This document shows, piece by piece, positions 50,652 through 60,742 of a stretch of 64,000 nt of DNA. Origin of the DNA: an uncultured Lachnospiraceae bacterium (lineage in GTDB: Bacteria; Bacillota; Clostridia; Lachnospirales; Lachnospiraceae); the NCBI GenBank assembly GCA_937910785.1, contig CALDLG010000029.1, positions 45-64,044 on the forward strand, in the 5' to 3' direction. The first letter of the stretch is position 1. Every line of letters starts with the position of its first letter. Position numbers and translations under genes: made by a program. The notes under the pieces were generated by a model, which worked only from the letters and a program-made list of their open reading frames with translations, was not told where the DNA came from and did no database searches.

Positions 50652-53600
50652 ATGTATCAGAAAGTCGATACCAGTTTGAACTTTGTGGACAGAGAGAAAG
50701 AAGTGGAGCTGTTCTGGAAAGAAAACGACATTTTCAGGAAAAGCATGGATTCCCGGAAGGAGGGGCCGACATATACTTTTTACGACGGGCCGCCGACCGC
50801 CAACGGAAAGCCCCATATCGGTCATGTTCTGACCCGTGTCATCAAGGATATGATTCCGCGGTACCGCACAATGAAGGGATATATGGTGCCCCGGAAGGCG
50901 GGATGGGATACGCACGGACTTCCCGTAGAGCTGGAAGTGGAGAAGCTGCTCGGTCTGGATGGCAAGGAGCAGATCGAGGAATACGGTCTGGACCCTTTTA
51001 TCGGCAAATGTAAGGAGTCGGTCTGGAAATACAAAGGCATGTGGGAGGAGTTTTCGGGAACCGTAGGATTCTGGGCGGATATGGATGACCCCTATGTGAC
51101 CTATCATGATAATTTTATCGAGTCCGAGTGGTGGGCCCTGAATGAAATCTGGAAGAAGGGACTTCTGTATAAAGGATTTAAAATCGTGCCCTACTGTCCG
51201 CGCTGCGGGACGCCGCTTTCCTCTCACGAGGTGGCGCAGGGCTATAAGGCGGTGAAGGAACGTTCCGCGGTGGTGCGCTTTAAGGTGGTCGGAGAAGACG
51301 CGTATTTCCTCGCATGGACGACGACGCCCTGGACGCTTCCTTCCAATGTGGCGCTGTGCGTGAATCCGCAGGAAAGCTATGTGAAGGTAAAAGCGGCGGA
51401 CGGCTGTGTTTATTATATGGCGGAAGCGCTTCTTGATAAAGTGCTCGGCAGGCTTTCGGAGGAAGGAAAACCGGCTTATGAAATAATGGAAAGCTACGTT
51501 GGAACCGATCTGGAATACAAGGCATATGAACCGTTGTTTGCCTGTGCCGGGGAGGCCGCGGCAAAGCAGCGTAAGAAAGCGCATTTTGTAACGTGTGACA
51601 ATTATGTTACGATGACGGACGGTACCGGTATCGTTCATATCGCGCCGGCGTTCGGTGAGGATGACGCGCAGGTAGGACGGAAATATGATCTGCCGTTCGT
51701 GCAGTTTGTAAATGGCAGGGGTGAGATGACAGAGGAGACCGCCTATGCGGGAATGTTTGTCAAAAAGGCGGACCCGGAAATCCTGAAGGACCTTGATAAA
51801 GAAGGAAAATTATTCGATGCGCCGAAGTTTGAGCATGATTATCCGTTCTGCTGGCGCTGTGATACGCCGTTAATTTATTATGCGCGCGAGTCCTGGTTTA
51901 TCAAGATGACGGCAGTCAGAGATGATCTGGTGCGCAATAATAAGACCGTAAACTGGATTCCCGAATCCATCGGAGAAGGGCGGTTCGGCAACTGGCTGGA
52001 AAATATTCAGGACTGGGGCATTTCCAGAAACCGTTACTGGGGCACGCCGTTAAACGTATGGGAATGTGAGGGCTGCGGCCATATGGAATCCGTCGGTTCC
52101 CGTGAGGAGCTTGCGAAAATGAGCGGCAATCCTGCGGCGGAGACGGTGGAGCTGCACAGACCCTATATCGACGAAATCACGATTCCCTGTCCGAAGTGCG
52201 GCAAGACGATGAAGCGTGTGCCGGAAGTGATCGACTGCTGGTTTGATTCCGGCGCGATGCCATTTGCACAGCATCATTATCCGTTCGAAAACAAAGAACT
52301 GTTCGAGAGCCAGTTTCCGGCACAATTTATTTCGGAGGCGGTGGATCAGACGAGAGGATGGTTCTATTCCCTGATGGCGGAATCGACGCTGCTGTTCAAT
52401 CAGGCGCCTTTTGAAAATGTGATCGTACTCGGCCATGTACAGGATGAGAACGGACAGAAGATGTCCAAATCGAAAGGAAATGCGGTCGATCCCTTCGATG
52501 CGCTTGCGACTTATGGTGCGGATGCGATTCGATGGTATTTCTATATCAATTCCGCCCCCTGGCTTCCGAACCGGTTCCATGGCAAGGCGGTACAGGAGGG
52601 ACAGCGGAAGTTCCTCGGAACGTTGTGGAATACCTATGCCTTTTTCGTGCTGTATGCGAATATCGATCAATTCGACGCAACCGGATATACGCTGGATTAC
52701 GAGAAACTGCCGGTTATGGACAAGTGGCTGCTTTCCAAACTGAATACGGCCGTAAAGGAAGTGGACGATGATCTGAATGAATATAAAATACCGGAGGCGG
52801 CACGTGTTCTGGACAATTTTGTCGATGAGATGAGCAACTGGTATGTCAGAAGGAGCAGAGAGCGTTTCTGGGCGAAAGGAATGGAGCAGGATAAGATCAA
52901 TGCTTACATGACCCTGTATACGGCGCTTGTAACGATCAGTAAATGCGCCGCTCCGATGGTGCCTTTTATGACGGAGGAAATCTACCTGAATCTGGTTAAG
53001 AGCATTGATGAAGGAGCCCCGGAGAGCATTCATCTGTGTGACTTCCCCGTATCGGATGAAAAGCTGATCGACCGGGAACTGGAAGCGGCGATGGAAGAAG
53101 TTCTGAAAATCGTCGTAATGGGGCGCGCGGCGAGAAACGCGGCCAATATCAAGAACCGTCAGCCGATCGGTACGATGTTTGTAAAGGCGGAGCAGACGCT
53201 TGGCGAATTTTATCAGGAGATTATCAAAGACGAGCTGAACGTGAAAGAAATCCGGTTTACGGACGATGTCAGGGAATTTACGAGCTACAGTTTCAAACCT
53301 CAGCTTCGTACGGTAGGACCGAAATACGGAAAACAGCTCGGCGGCATTCAGAAATATCTCGGCGGCGTGGACGGCAATGCGGCGATGGATGAACTGAATG
53401 AGAAAGGCGTGCTGAGATTTGATGTGGGTGGTGTGGAAATCGAGCTTACCAAAGATGACCTGCTCATCGAAATGGCACAGAAGGAAGGATATGTGTCCGA
53501 GGCGGACGGCAGTGTAACGGTAGTGCTTGATACCAATCTGTCGGAAGAGCTGGTTGAGGAAGGCTTTGTATACGAAGTCATCAGTAAAATCCAGACGATG

Positions 53601-53807
53601 CGTAAGGAAGCGGACTTCGAGGTTATGGACCATATCAGAGTTTCAATCTGTGAAAATGAGAAAATCGCGAAGATCGTCCGGAAAAACGAAGCGATGATCG
53701 CCGGAAAGGTGCTGGCGGAAAATATCGTGGAGAAGGAAAGCCTTGCCATAGCAAAAGAATGGAATGTGAACGGTGAAAAGGTTGTAATCGGCGTGGAGAA
53801 AATCTGA
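50652..53807 (+). CDS. ileS: Isoleucyl-tRNA synthetase, type 2 (IleRS2)
   Basis: DGPPTANG.PHIGH, WTTTPWTLP, KMSKS, long C-terminal IleRS2-type domains, upstream Ile T-box. Confidence 0.95.
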   Translation: MYQKVDTSLNFVDREKEVELFWKENDIFRKSMDSRKEGPTYTFYDGPPTANGKPHIGHVLTRVIKDMIPRYRTMKGYMVPRKAGWDTHGLPVELEVEKLLGLDGKEQIEEYGLDPFIGKCKESVWKYKGMWEEFSGTVGFWADMDDPYVTYHDNFIESEWWALNEIWKKGLLYKGFKIVPYCPRCGTPLSSHEVAQGYKAVKERSAVVRFKVVGEDAYFLAWTTTPWTLPSNVALCVNPQESYVKVKAADGCVYYMAEALLDKVLGRLSEEGKPAYEIMESYVGTDLEYKAYEPLFACAGEAAAKQRKKAHFVTCDNYVTMTDGTGIVHIAPAFGEDDAQVGRKYDLPFVQFVNGRGEMTEETAYAGMFVKKADPEILKDLDKEGKLFDAPKFEHDYPFCWRCDTPLIYYARESWFIKMTAVRDDLVRNNKTVNWIPESIGEGRFGNWLENIQDWGISRNRYWGTPLNVWECEGCGHMESVGSREELAKMSGNPAAETVELHRPYIDEITIPCPKCGKTMKRVPEVIDCWFDSGAMPFAQHHYPFENKELFESQFPAQFISEAVDQTRGWFYSLMAESTLLFNQAPFENVIVLGHVQDENGQKMSKSKGNAVDPFDALATYGADAIRWYFYINSAPWLPNRFHGKAVQEGQRKFLGTLWNTYAFFVLYANIDQFDATGYTLDYEKLPVMDKWLLSKLNTAVKEVDDDLNEYKIPEAARVLDNFVDEMSNWYVRRSRERFWAKGMEQDKINAYMTLYTALVTISKCAAPMVPFMTEEIYLNLVKSIDEGAPESIHLCDFPVSDEKLIDRELEAAMEEVLKIVVMGRAARNAANIKNRQPIGTMFVKAEQTLGEFYQEIIKDELNVKEIRFTDDVREFTSYSFKPQLRTVGPKYGKQLGGIQKYLGGVDGNAAMDELNEKGVLRFDVGGVEIELTKDDLLIEMAQKEGYVSEADGSVTVVLDTNLSEELVEEGFVYEVISKIQTMRKEADFEVMDHIRVSICENEKIAKIVRKNEAMIAGKVLAENIVEKESLAIAKEWNVNGEKVVIGVEKI

Positions 53808-53909
53808 AGGGAGCGCGAAGCGCTTTCGATGGATGCTTATTAAAAAATGGTCCCGACGATAATTTGATTAGATTAACAGTAGTCAAAAGTTGAAATTCGT
53901 ACTATAATA

Positions 53910-54025
53910 GGCTCAGCGGTGGAAAAACATCACCGCTGAGCCGAAAGTTGCCTGGCGGCAACTTCCCTGATGTGGCGGAGTGGTGTAACGTGAAAACATC
54001 ACCGCCGAAAGTTGCCATCAGGCAA
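53910..54025 (+). ncRNA. Candidate tandem cis-regulatory RNA in the glgP leader
   Basis: Two copies of stem-AAAACATCACCGC...CGAAAGTTGCC-N4-GGCAA, just downstream of TATAAT at 53903-53908. Confidence 0.6.
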
Positions 54026-54088
54026 TAGAGTAAAAAAGTGTTATCGCTGGGACAAGGTTACGTAATCAGATATGAAGGAGGCAGATAA

Positions 54089-56566
54089 ATGCAAAAGAAA
54101 GCGATGAAGTTTGATACGGAAATGTTTAAACGAAGTGTGCTTTATAATGTTAAGACGCTTTACCGGAAAACACTGGAGGAGGCGACCGATCAGCAGGTCT
54201 TTCAGGCGGTATCCTATGCGGTGAAAGACGCGATTGTGGATCAGTGGCTGGCAAGCCAGAAGGAATATGACAGGCAGGACCCCAAGATGGTATATTATCT
54301 GTCGATGGAATTTCTGATGGGACGTGCCCTGGGCAATAACATGATTAACCTTGGAGCTTATAAGGTATTTCAGGATGCGCTTGCGGAGCTTGGCATCGAT
54401 ATTAATGTGATAGAAGATCAGGAGCCGGATGCGGCGCTTGGAAACGGAGGCCTCGGCAGACTGGCGGCCTGCTTCCTCGATTCTCTTGCGACGCTTGGAT
54501 ATGCGGCATACGGCTGCGGCATCCGTTATCGTTACGGAATGTTCAAGCAGGAGATACGGGACGGTTATCAGATCGAGGCGCCGGATGACTGGTTAAAGGA
54601 CGGCAATCCGTTCGAACTGCGCAGACCGGAATATACGAAGGAAGTAAAATTCGGCGGTTATGTCAATGTCTATGTGGATGAAAATGGCAGAAGCAATTTC
54701 AGGCAGGAAGGCTATCAGTCGGTACGGGCAATTCCTTATGACATACCGATTGTGGGCTATGGCAATGGTATCGTCAATACGCTTCGGATCTGGGACGCGG
54801 AGCCGGTAGAGTGCTTCCATCTGGATTCCTTTGATAAGGGTGATTACCACAAGGCGGTAGAGCAGGAGAATCTTGCGAGAAATATTGTAGAAGTGCTCTA
54901 TCCGAACGATAACCATTATGCAGGCAAGGAACTTCGTTTAAAACAGCAGTATTTCTTTATTTCCGCATCCGTGCAGGAAGCTGTGGAAAAATATATGCGG
55001 AAGCATGACGATATCAGGAAGTTCCATGAGAAAGTAACGTTCCAGCTGAATGATACGCATCCGACGGTAGCGATCGCGGAGCTGATGCGTATTCTGATGG
55101 ACGATTACTATCTGACATGGGAAGAGGCATGGGAGGTTACGACGAAGACCTGTGCCTATACGAATCATACAATCATGGCAGAAGCGCTTGAGAAATGGCC
55201 GATCGAGCTGTTCTCCAGACTGCTTCCCCGCGTATACCAGATCGTGGAAGAGATCAACCGCAGATTTGTGGCGCGTATTGAGCAGATGTACCCCGGCAAT
55301 CAGGAAAAGGTGCGTAAGATGGCGATCATCTACGACGGACAGGTGAAGATGGCTCATCTTGCCATCGCGGCAGGCTATTCCGTAAACGGTGTTGCGAGAT
55401 TACATACGGAAATTTTGAAGAATCAGGAGCTGAAAGACTTCTATGAGATGATGCCGGAGAAATTCAACAACAAGACGAACGGCATTACCCAGAGAAGATT
55501 TTTGCTGCATGGTAATCCGCTTCTTGCGGACTGGGTAACGGCGCATGTGGGTGACGACTGGATCACCGATCTGCCGAGGATCAGCAAGCTGAAAATTTAT
55601 GCGGATGACGAAAAGGCCCAGCAGGAGTTTATGAATATCAAATACCAGAACAAAGTTCGTCTGGCAAAATATATTCTGGAGCATAACGGCGTACAGGTAG
55701 ACCCCCGTTCGATTTTCGATGTGCAGGTCAAGAGACTGCATGAGTATAAACGTCAGTTGTTAAATATTCTGCACGTAATGTATCTGTACAATGAGTTAAA
55801 AGAGCATCCGGATATGGATTTCTATCCGAGAACCTTTATTTTCGGTGCGAAGGCGGCGGCAGGCTACCGGAATGCGAAACTGACCATTAAGCTGATCAAT
55901 GCGGTGGCGGATGTCATCAATAATGATGCGGCGATCAATGGCAAAATCAAAGTCGTATTTATCGAGAATTACCGCGTATCCAATGCGGAAATGATTTTTG
56001 CGGCGGCGGATGTATCGGAACAGATTTCCACGGCAAGTAAAGAAGCTTCCGGTACGGGTAATATGAAGTTTATGTTAAACGGCGCGCTCACGATTGGTAC
56101 GATGGATGGCGCGAACGTGGAGATTGTGGAAGAGGTCGGAGAAGAGAATGCCTTTATCTTCGGTCTGAGCTCCGATGAGGTTATCCGTTATGAAAACTGT
56201 GGCGGATACAGCCCGATGGATATTTTCAACAATGATCCCGACATCAGAAAGGTGCTGATGCAGCTGATTAACGGAACATATTCGAGAAATGATACGGAGC
56301 TGTTCAGGACGTTATATAATTCTCTGTTAAATACGCAGAGCACCTCAAAAGCGGATACCTATTTTATACTGAAGGATTTCAAGCCCTACGCGGAAGCGCA
56401 GCGGAAGGTGGAAGCGGCTTACCGGGATGAAAAGAGCTGGGCAAGAAGCGCGATCTTAAACGTGGCGTGCTCCGGTAAGTTTACTTCCGACAGAACCATT
56501 CAGGAATATGTGGATGATATCTGGAAGCTTGACAGGGTAGTGATTCCTGAAAAGGCGGAGAAGTAA
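54089..56566 (+). CDS. glgP: Glycogen/maltodextrin phosphorylase
   Basis: LGNGGLGRLAAC, LNDTHP, VKRLHEYKRQ, PLP motif EASGTGNMK. Confidence 0.95.
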   Translation: MQKKAMKFDTEMFKRSVLYNVKTLYRKTLEEATDQQVFQAVSYAVKDAIVDQWLASQKEYDRQDPKMVYYLSMEFLMGRALGNNMINLGAYKVFQDALAELGIDINVIEDQEPDAALGNGGLGRLAACFLDSLATLGYAAYGCGIRYRYGMFKQEIRDGYQIEAPDDWLKDGNPFELRRPEYTKEVKFGGYVNVYVDENGRSNFRQEGYQSVRAIPYDIPIVGYGNGIVNTLRIWDAEPVECFHLDSFDKGDYHKAVEQENLARNIVEVLYPNDNHYAGKELRLKQQYFFISASVQEAVEKYMRKHDDIRKFHEKVTFQLNDTHPTVAIAELMRILMDDYYLTWEEAWEVTTKTCAYTNHTIMAEALEKWPIELFSRLLPRVYQIVEEINRRFVARIEQMYPGNQEKVRKMAIIYDGQVKMAHLAIAAGYSVNGVARLHTEILKNQELKDFYEMMPEKFNNKTNGITQRRFLLHGNPLLADWVTAHVGDDWITDLPRISKLKIYADDEKAQQEFMNIKYQNKVRLAKYILEHNGVQVDPRSIFDVQVKRLHEYKRQLLNILHVMYLYNELKEHPDMDFYPRTFIFGAKAAAGYRNAKLTIKLINAVADVINNDAAINGKIKVVFIENYRVSNAEMIFAAADVSEQISTASKEASGTGNMKFMLNGALTIGTMDGANVEIVEEVGEENAFIFGLSSDEVIRYENCGGYSPMDIFNNDPDIRKVLMQLINGTYSRNDTELFRTLYNSLLNTQSTSKADTYFILKDFKPYAEAQRKVEAAYRDEKSWARSAILNVACSGKFTSDRTIQEYVDDIWKLDRVVIPEKAEK

Positions 56567-56616
56567 ACGGCCGCGGCAAATGGAAATTTGAAAAACAGAA
56601 CAGGAAATACGATAAG

Positions 56617-56648
56617 AAGAGACTGTTGTTCGGACAGTCTCTTTTTTT
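56617..56648 (+). terminator. Intrinsic terminator after glgP
   Basis: AAGAGACTGT / ACAGTCTCTT stem followed by a T-tract. Confidence 0.8.
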
Positions 56649-56926
56649 CTGCAGGCAGCGGCACAAAAAGTCCGGAAACTGGCCATAAATATCATGTGCG
56701 CAACAAAAGTTGCACAAAAAAGCGTCAAAATTGTTTATCCTTCACAACAGATTTTGGCGTTTTTCTAAGCGGCGGTCAATAGTTTTTGTGCACTATTTTA
56801 ATTATAATAATTTTATAAAAAATATTTTATTTATATTAACAAAAAAGAAAGAATTGATGTGCGCAATTCAAAGTTGCTCAAAGTTAAAAGGGAGCAGCGC
56901 AAAGATTCGGGAAGGGAGAAGGTTTT

Positions 56927-57871
56927 ATGAAAAAGAAAACGGAAACGAAGCGGTATAAAACGCCGTTTCTAAAGACAGTCAAAAAGCACTGGATGCTGCT
57001 TCTGATGTTGTCACCGGCACTGATCTATGTCATTCTGTTCAATTACATACCGATGACCGGCATCGTACTGGCATTCAAGAAATACCAGTATGCGGGAGGT
57101 ATTTACGGTTCCCCCTGGAATGGACTGAGCAACTTTAAAGCCCTTTTGATTTCAGGAAAGCTCGGACAGGTAACGCGTAATACGCTTCTTTATAACATCG
57201 CTTTTATTTTTCTGGGAGTAGTGTGTGAAATGGGAAGCGCCATTTTGTTAAACGAGCTGATGAACAAATATTTCAAGAAAATTGCGCAGTCATTTATGTT
57301 TTTGCCCTATTTTATCAGCTGGGTAGTTGCGGGCGCGATCATGTACAATATTTTCAATTATGAAAGAGGTGTGTTCAACCACATTCTGACATGGCTCGGC
57401 ATGAATCCTTTCGATCTCTATAATACGCCGGGTGCATGGCCTCCGGTACTGATTTTCTTAAAGCTCTGGAAGGGAACGGGATATGGCTCCGTCGTCTATC
57501 TGGCAGCGATTACGGGACTGGATCAGGAAATGTTCGAGGCAGCGGCAATCGATGGCGCTAACGCATGGCAGAGAATCCGTTATCTGACCATTCCTTCCCT
57601 GAAACCAACCATGATGATCATGGTGCTGCTCGCGATCGGAAATATTTTCCGCGGCGACTTCGGATTGTTCTATCAGACCGTAAAGAGCAGCGCACTTTTA
57701 CAGCCGATGACGGATATTATCGATACGTATGTATTCCGTCTGTTGATTGATACGGGTGATATCGGCGTATCCGCGGCAGCGGGTCTTTACCAGTCGATCC
57801 TGTGTCTGATCACGATTACACTCTGTAATAAGCTGGTGAAAAGAGTCAATCCGGACTACGCATTATATTAA
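56927..57871 (+). CDS. Carbohydrate ABC permease (LplB/YteP type)
   Basis: YIPM.G..LAFK, LPYFISWVV, EAAAIDGA, IDTYV. Confidence 0.9.
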   Translation: MKKKTETKRYKTPFLKTVKKHWMLLLMLSPALIYVILFNYIPMTGIVLAFKKYQYAGGIYGSPWNGLSNFKALLISGKLGQVTRNTLLYNIAFIFLGVVCEMGSAILLNELMNKYFKKIAQSFMFLPYFISWVVAGAIMYNIFNYERGVFNHILTWLGMNPFDLYNTPGAWPPVLIFLKLWKGTGYGSVVYLAAITGLDQEMFEAAAIDGANAWQRIRYLTIPSLKPTMMIMVLLAIGNIFRGDFGLFYQTVKSSALLQPMTDIIDTYVFRLLIDTGDIGVSAAAGLYQSILCLITITLCNKLVKRVNPDYALY

Positions 57872-57885
57872 GGGAGGTGGATATT

Positions 57886-58794
57886 GTGTCCAAAGTTATG
57901 ATAAAGCAGAAACGTCACATGAGCAAAGACGTGCTTTCGGTCAATATTGTGGGATATGTGGTAATCGGTATTTTTGCACTGCTCTGTCTTATGCCGTTCT
58001 ATCTGATCATCGTGGCTTCCTTTACGGATGAGGCTTCCCTGATTCGGAACGGATATCCGCTCATTCCGACGGATGTCAGCATTCAGAGCTACCTGTTATG
58101 TCTGAAGAATCCGGTGGCGATTCTGAAAGCCTATGGGACGACGATTGGAATTACGGTCGTGGGAACTTTTCTGTCGGTGCTGCTTGCAACGATGACGGGC
58201 TATGTGCTGTCGCGTCAGGATTTTCCATGGAGAAATAAATTTTCCTTTTTCTTCTTCTTTACGACGCTGTTCAGCGGCGGTCTGGTGCCCTGGTATATGA
58301 TGTGCGTGCGGTACCTGAATTTTAAGAATTCTTACATAGCGATTATTCTGCCGCTGATGTTTTCGGTATGGAATATGATCATCGCGAAGTCCTTTATGAT
58401 GGGCATTCCAAGTGCGCTGACGGAGTCTGCAAAGATTGACGGCGCCAATGATTTCGTCATCTATGTGAAGCTGATTCTTCCGTTAAGCAAGCCCCTGATC
58501 GCGACACTGAGTCTGTTCTCGGCGTTGGCTTACTGGAATGACTGGTATAACTGTATGCTGTTCATAACCGATGAAAACAAGTTCATGCTGCAATATTATC
58601 TGCAGAGAATACTGGGCAGCGCGGAGGCGATGAGAATTGTCGCGGAAAAATCCGGCATGGCGCTTCCGACGATCCCGCTGGAAAGTATGAAGATGGCGAT
58701 GACCGTTATCGCAACCGGGCCAATCGTTCTGCTGTATCCGTTCGTACAGCGCTATTTTGTAAAGGGTCTTACGATCGGGGCTGTGAAAGGCTGA
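57886..58794 (+). CDS. Carbohydrate ABC permease (LplC type)
   Basis: FSGGLVP.Y, ESAKIDGA, YWNDW, YPFVQRYFVKGL..GAVKG. Confidence 0.9.
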   Translation: MSKVMIKQKRHMSKDVLSVNIVGYVVIGIFALLCLMPFYLIIVASFTDEASLIRNGYPLIPTDVSIQSYLLCLKNPVAILKAYGTTIGITVVGTFLSVLLATMTGYVLSRQDFPWRNKFSFFFFFTTLFSGGLVPWYMMCVRYLNFKNSYIAIILPLMFSVWNMIIAKSFMMGIPSALTESAKIDGANDFVIYVKLILPLSKPLIATLSLFSALAYWNDWYNCMLFITDENKFMLQYYLQRILGSAEAMRIVAEKSGMALPTIPLESMKMAMTVIATGPIVLLYPFVQRYFVKGLTIGAVKG

Positions 58795-58892
58795 AAAAGG
58801 AAGAGCCTTTTGTCCTGTGGGGCATGAAGGCATACGGAAATGAAAATGGAAATAAGTATATCACTAAAATAATACAAAAAAGGAGAGAAACT

Positions 58893-60575
58893 ATGAAAAA
58901 GAAAAAAATTCTGTCACTTACTTTGGCAACATGTCTCGCCATGTCTGCGCTCACCGGCTGTGGCGGGGGAGATTCCGGTTCTGCGGATAAGACGCCTGAC
59001 AGTTCTTCGGGCAGCGCGTCAGACAGCAGTTCTTCAGGAAGCGCTGACAACACGACGGCTTCTTCAGGCGACAGCGCGCCGGCGGTTTCACTGGACAGCC
59101 TTCCGGCAGCGGTAGGAGAGGGAACAATTGTGGCATCTCCCGATTTCTATGCGTCAACGGATTTGAGCGATCCTTACACCGTAAATATGTATCTGATCGG
59201 TGATACGCCGAATGACTGGGATAAGGTTCTTGGAATGGTAAATGAATATCTTGAGCCGTATAATACGGATCTTGCGGTTACGTTTATGAGCTGGAGTGAT
59301 TATCAGACGATGTATTCCCTCGTGCTTGCAGGCGGTGAACAGGTAGACCTGATCTTTACGGCACCCTGGTGTTATATGTATACCGAGGCAGCAAAAGGTT
59401 CCTTCTATGAGCTTTCGGACGATTTCATCGCAAATTATATGCCGCTTGCGAACAAATATCAGGATAAGGAAAGCTGGAGCGAGACGACGCTTTCCGGTAA
59501 AACGATCGCAGTGCCGTCCAACGTAGCGGCTGCGATGGGAAAGATCGTGGCAATCCGTCAGGATCTTGCTGACAAACACGGCATCGGCGAATTAAAGACA
59601 TGGGATGATTATATGAATTTCATGATCACAATGGGTGAGAAGGAAACGCCGGAAAGCGGTATTTACGGCCTTGCATCTTCCGTAGATAACAATGAGCTCT
59701 GGGATGTATACCGCCAGCAGTATGACACCTTCCTGGCATTGGACAGCGATTATTTCGATATGATCTATTCATGGGACGGCGACCTTCCGACTGCGGATGA
59801 AATTACGATGACATATGAGACGGACTGGTTCCGCGAATATGCGAAGGATATGAAGACACTGGCGGATGCCGGCTGCTGGAGCCGCAGCGCATTGACCAAT
59901 ACCGTAACGGATGATGATGCATTCGGCGCGCTGCAGGGAGCATCCATCGCATGGAACGGTTCCGTAATTACCTATGTAAAACAGGCAGAGCAGAGCGAAG
60001 GCGTTCAGTGTGCTCTTTATGACCTGACAACGGATCACTTTGTAGGATGTGAGGCATTTTCCAACAACGATATGGCGATCGCGGCAGGTTCCAAGAACCC
60101 GGAGCGTGCGGCAATGGTGCTCGATCTGATCAAATTCGACACTTATCTGAACAGACTGTTGATTCTCGGTGTGGAGGGCGAGCATTACAGCATTGACGAT
60201 CAGGGATACTATACGGAACTGGAGAAATCCACTGATTATGCCGCGTATGCGATTTCCGCTTCCTGGGCAATCAAAAATTCCGATCTGCATGAAGCAGGAG
60301 CAGATCCCCGTATGCAGGCAATTTCCGACGGCTGGGGTGAGAGAGTGGAGAACAATCCGACAATTACCTTCGTATTCGATACAACGCCTGTAGATTCTTA
60401 TCTGGCGGCCGTAAAAGTGGTATTGGATGACTATGTTCCCATGCTGGAGCTCGGACTCGTAGATGATGTTGACAAGACACTGGATGAGATGATTCAGAAA
60501 TGTTATGATTCCGGTTTGCAGAATGTAAAGGATGAGTTCAATACTCAGTACGAAGCATGGTATGCGACCCGTTGA
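58893..60575 (+). CDS. Carbohydrate ABC substrate-binding lipoprotein
   Basis: MKKKK signal peptide with lipobox LTGC, Ser-rich linker, SKNPERA, GVEGEHY; AAGGAG RBS. Confidence 0.88.
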   Translation: MKKKKILSLTLATCLAMSALTGCGGGDSGSADKTPDSSSGSASDSSSSGSADNTTASSGDSAPAVSLDSLPAAVGEGTIVASPDFYASTDLSDPYTVNMYLIGDTPNDWDKVLGMVNEYLEPYNTDLAVTFMSWSDYQTMYSLVLAGGEQVDLIFTAPWCYMYTEAAKGSFYELSDDFIANYMPLANKYQDKESWSETTLSGKTIAVPSNVAAAMGKIVAIRQDLADKHGIGELKTWDDYMNFMITMGEKETPESGIYGLASSVDNNELWDVYRQQYDTFLALDSDYFDMIYSWDGDLPTADEITMTYETDWFREYAKDMKTLADAGCWSRSALTNTVTDDDAFGALQGASIAWNGSVITYVKQAEQSEGVQCALYDLTTDHFVGCEAFSNNDMAIAAGSKNPERAAMVLDLIKFDTYLNRLLILGVEGEHYSIDDQGYYTELEKSTDYAAYAISASWAIKNSDLHEAGADPRMQAISDGWGERVENNPTITFVFDTTPVDSYLAAVKVVLDDYVPMLELGLVDDVDKTLDEMIQKCYDSGLQNVKDEFNTQYEAWYATR

Positions 60576-60648
60576 CGATCCATCTGCGGAATAATCGACA
60601 GACCGCTTCATGCACATTGAAGTGATATCGTTTCAGAATGTAAGAAAG

Positions 60649-60698
60649 AAGGGCTGCCGCCCACTGGATATTTCGGCCGGTGCGGTAGCCCTTTTTTT
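60649..60698 (+). terminator. Terminator-like hairpin after the SBP gene
   Basis: AAGGGCTGCCGC / GCGGTAGCCCTT stem followed by T7. Confidence 0.7.
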
Positions 60699-60742
60699 AA
60701 AAATCGGGAATCTTGCCGGATAAGGAAAGGATATTGTTACGG

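Noticed and set aside
52050..53633. 527-aa ORF antisense to ileS
   Set aside because: Same shadow-frame effect; composition is not protein-like.
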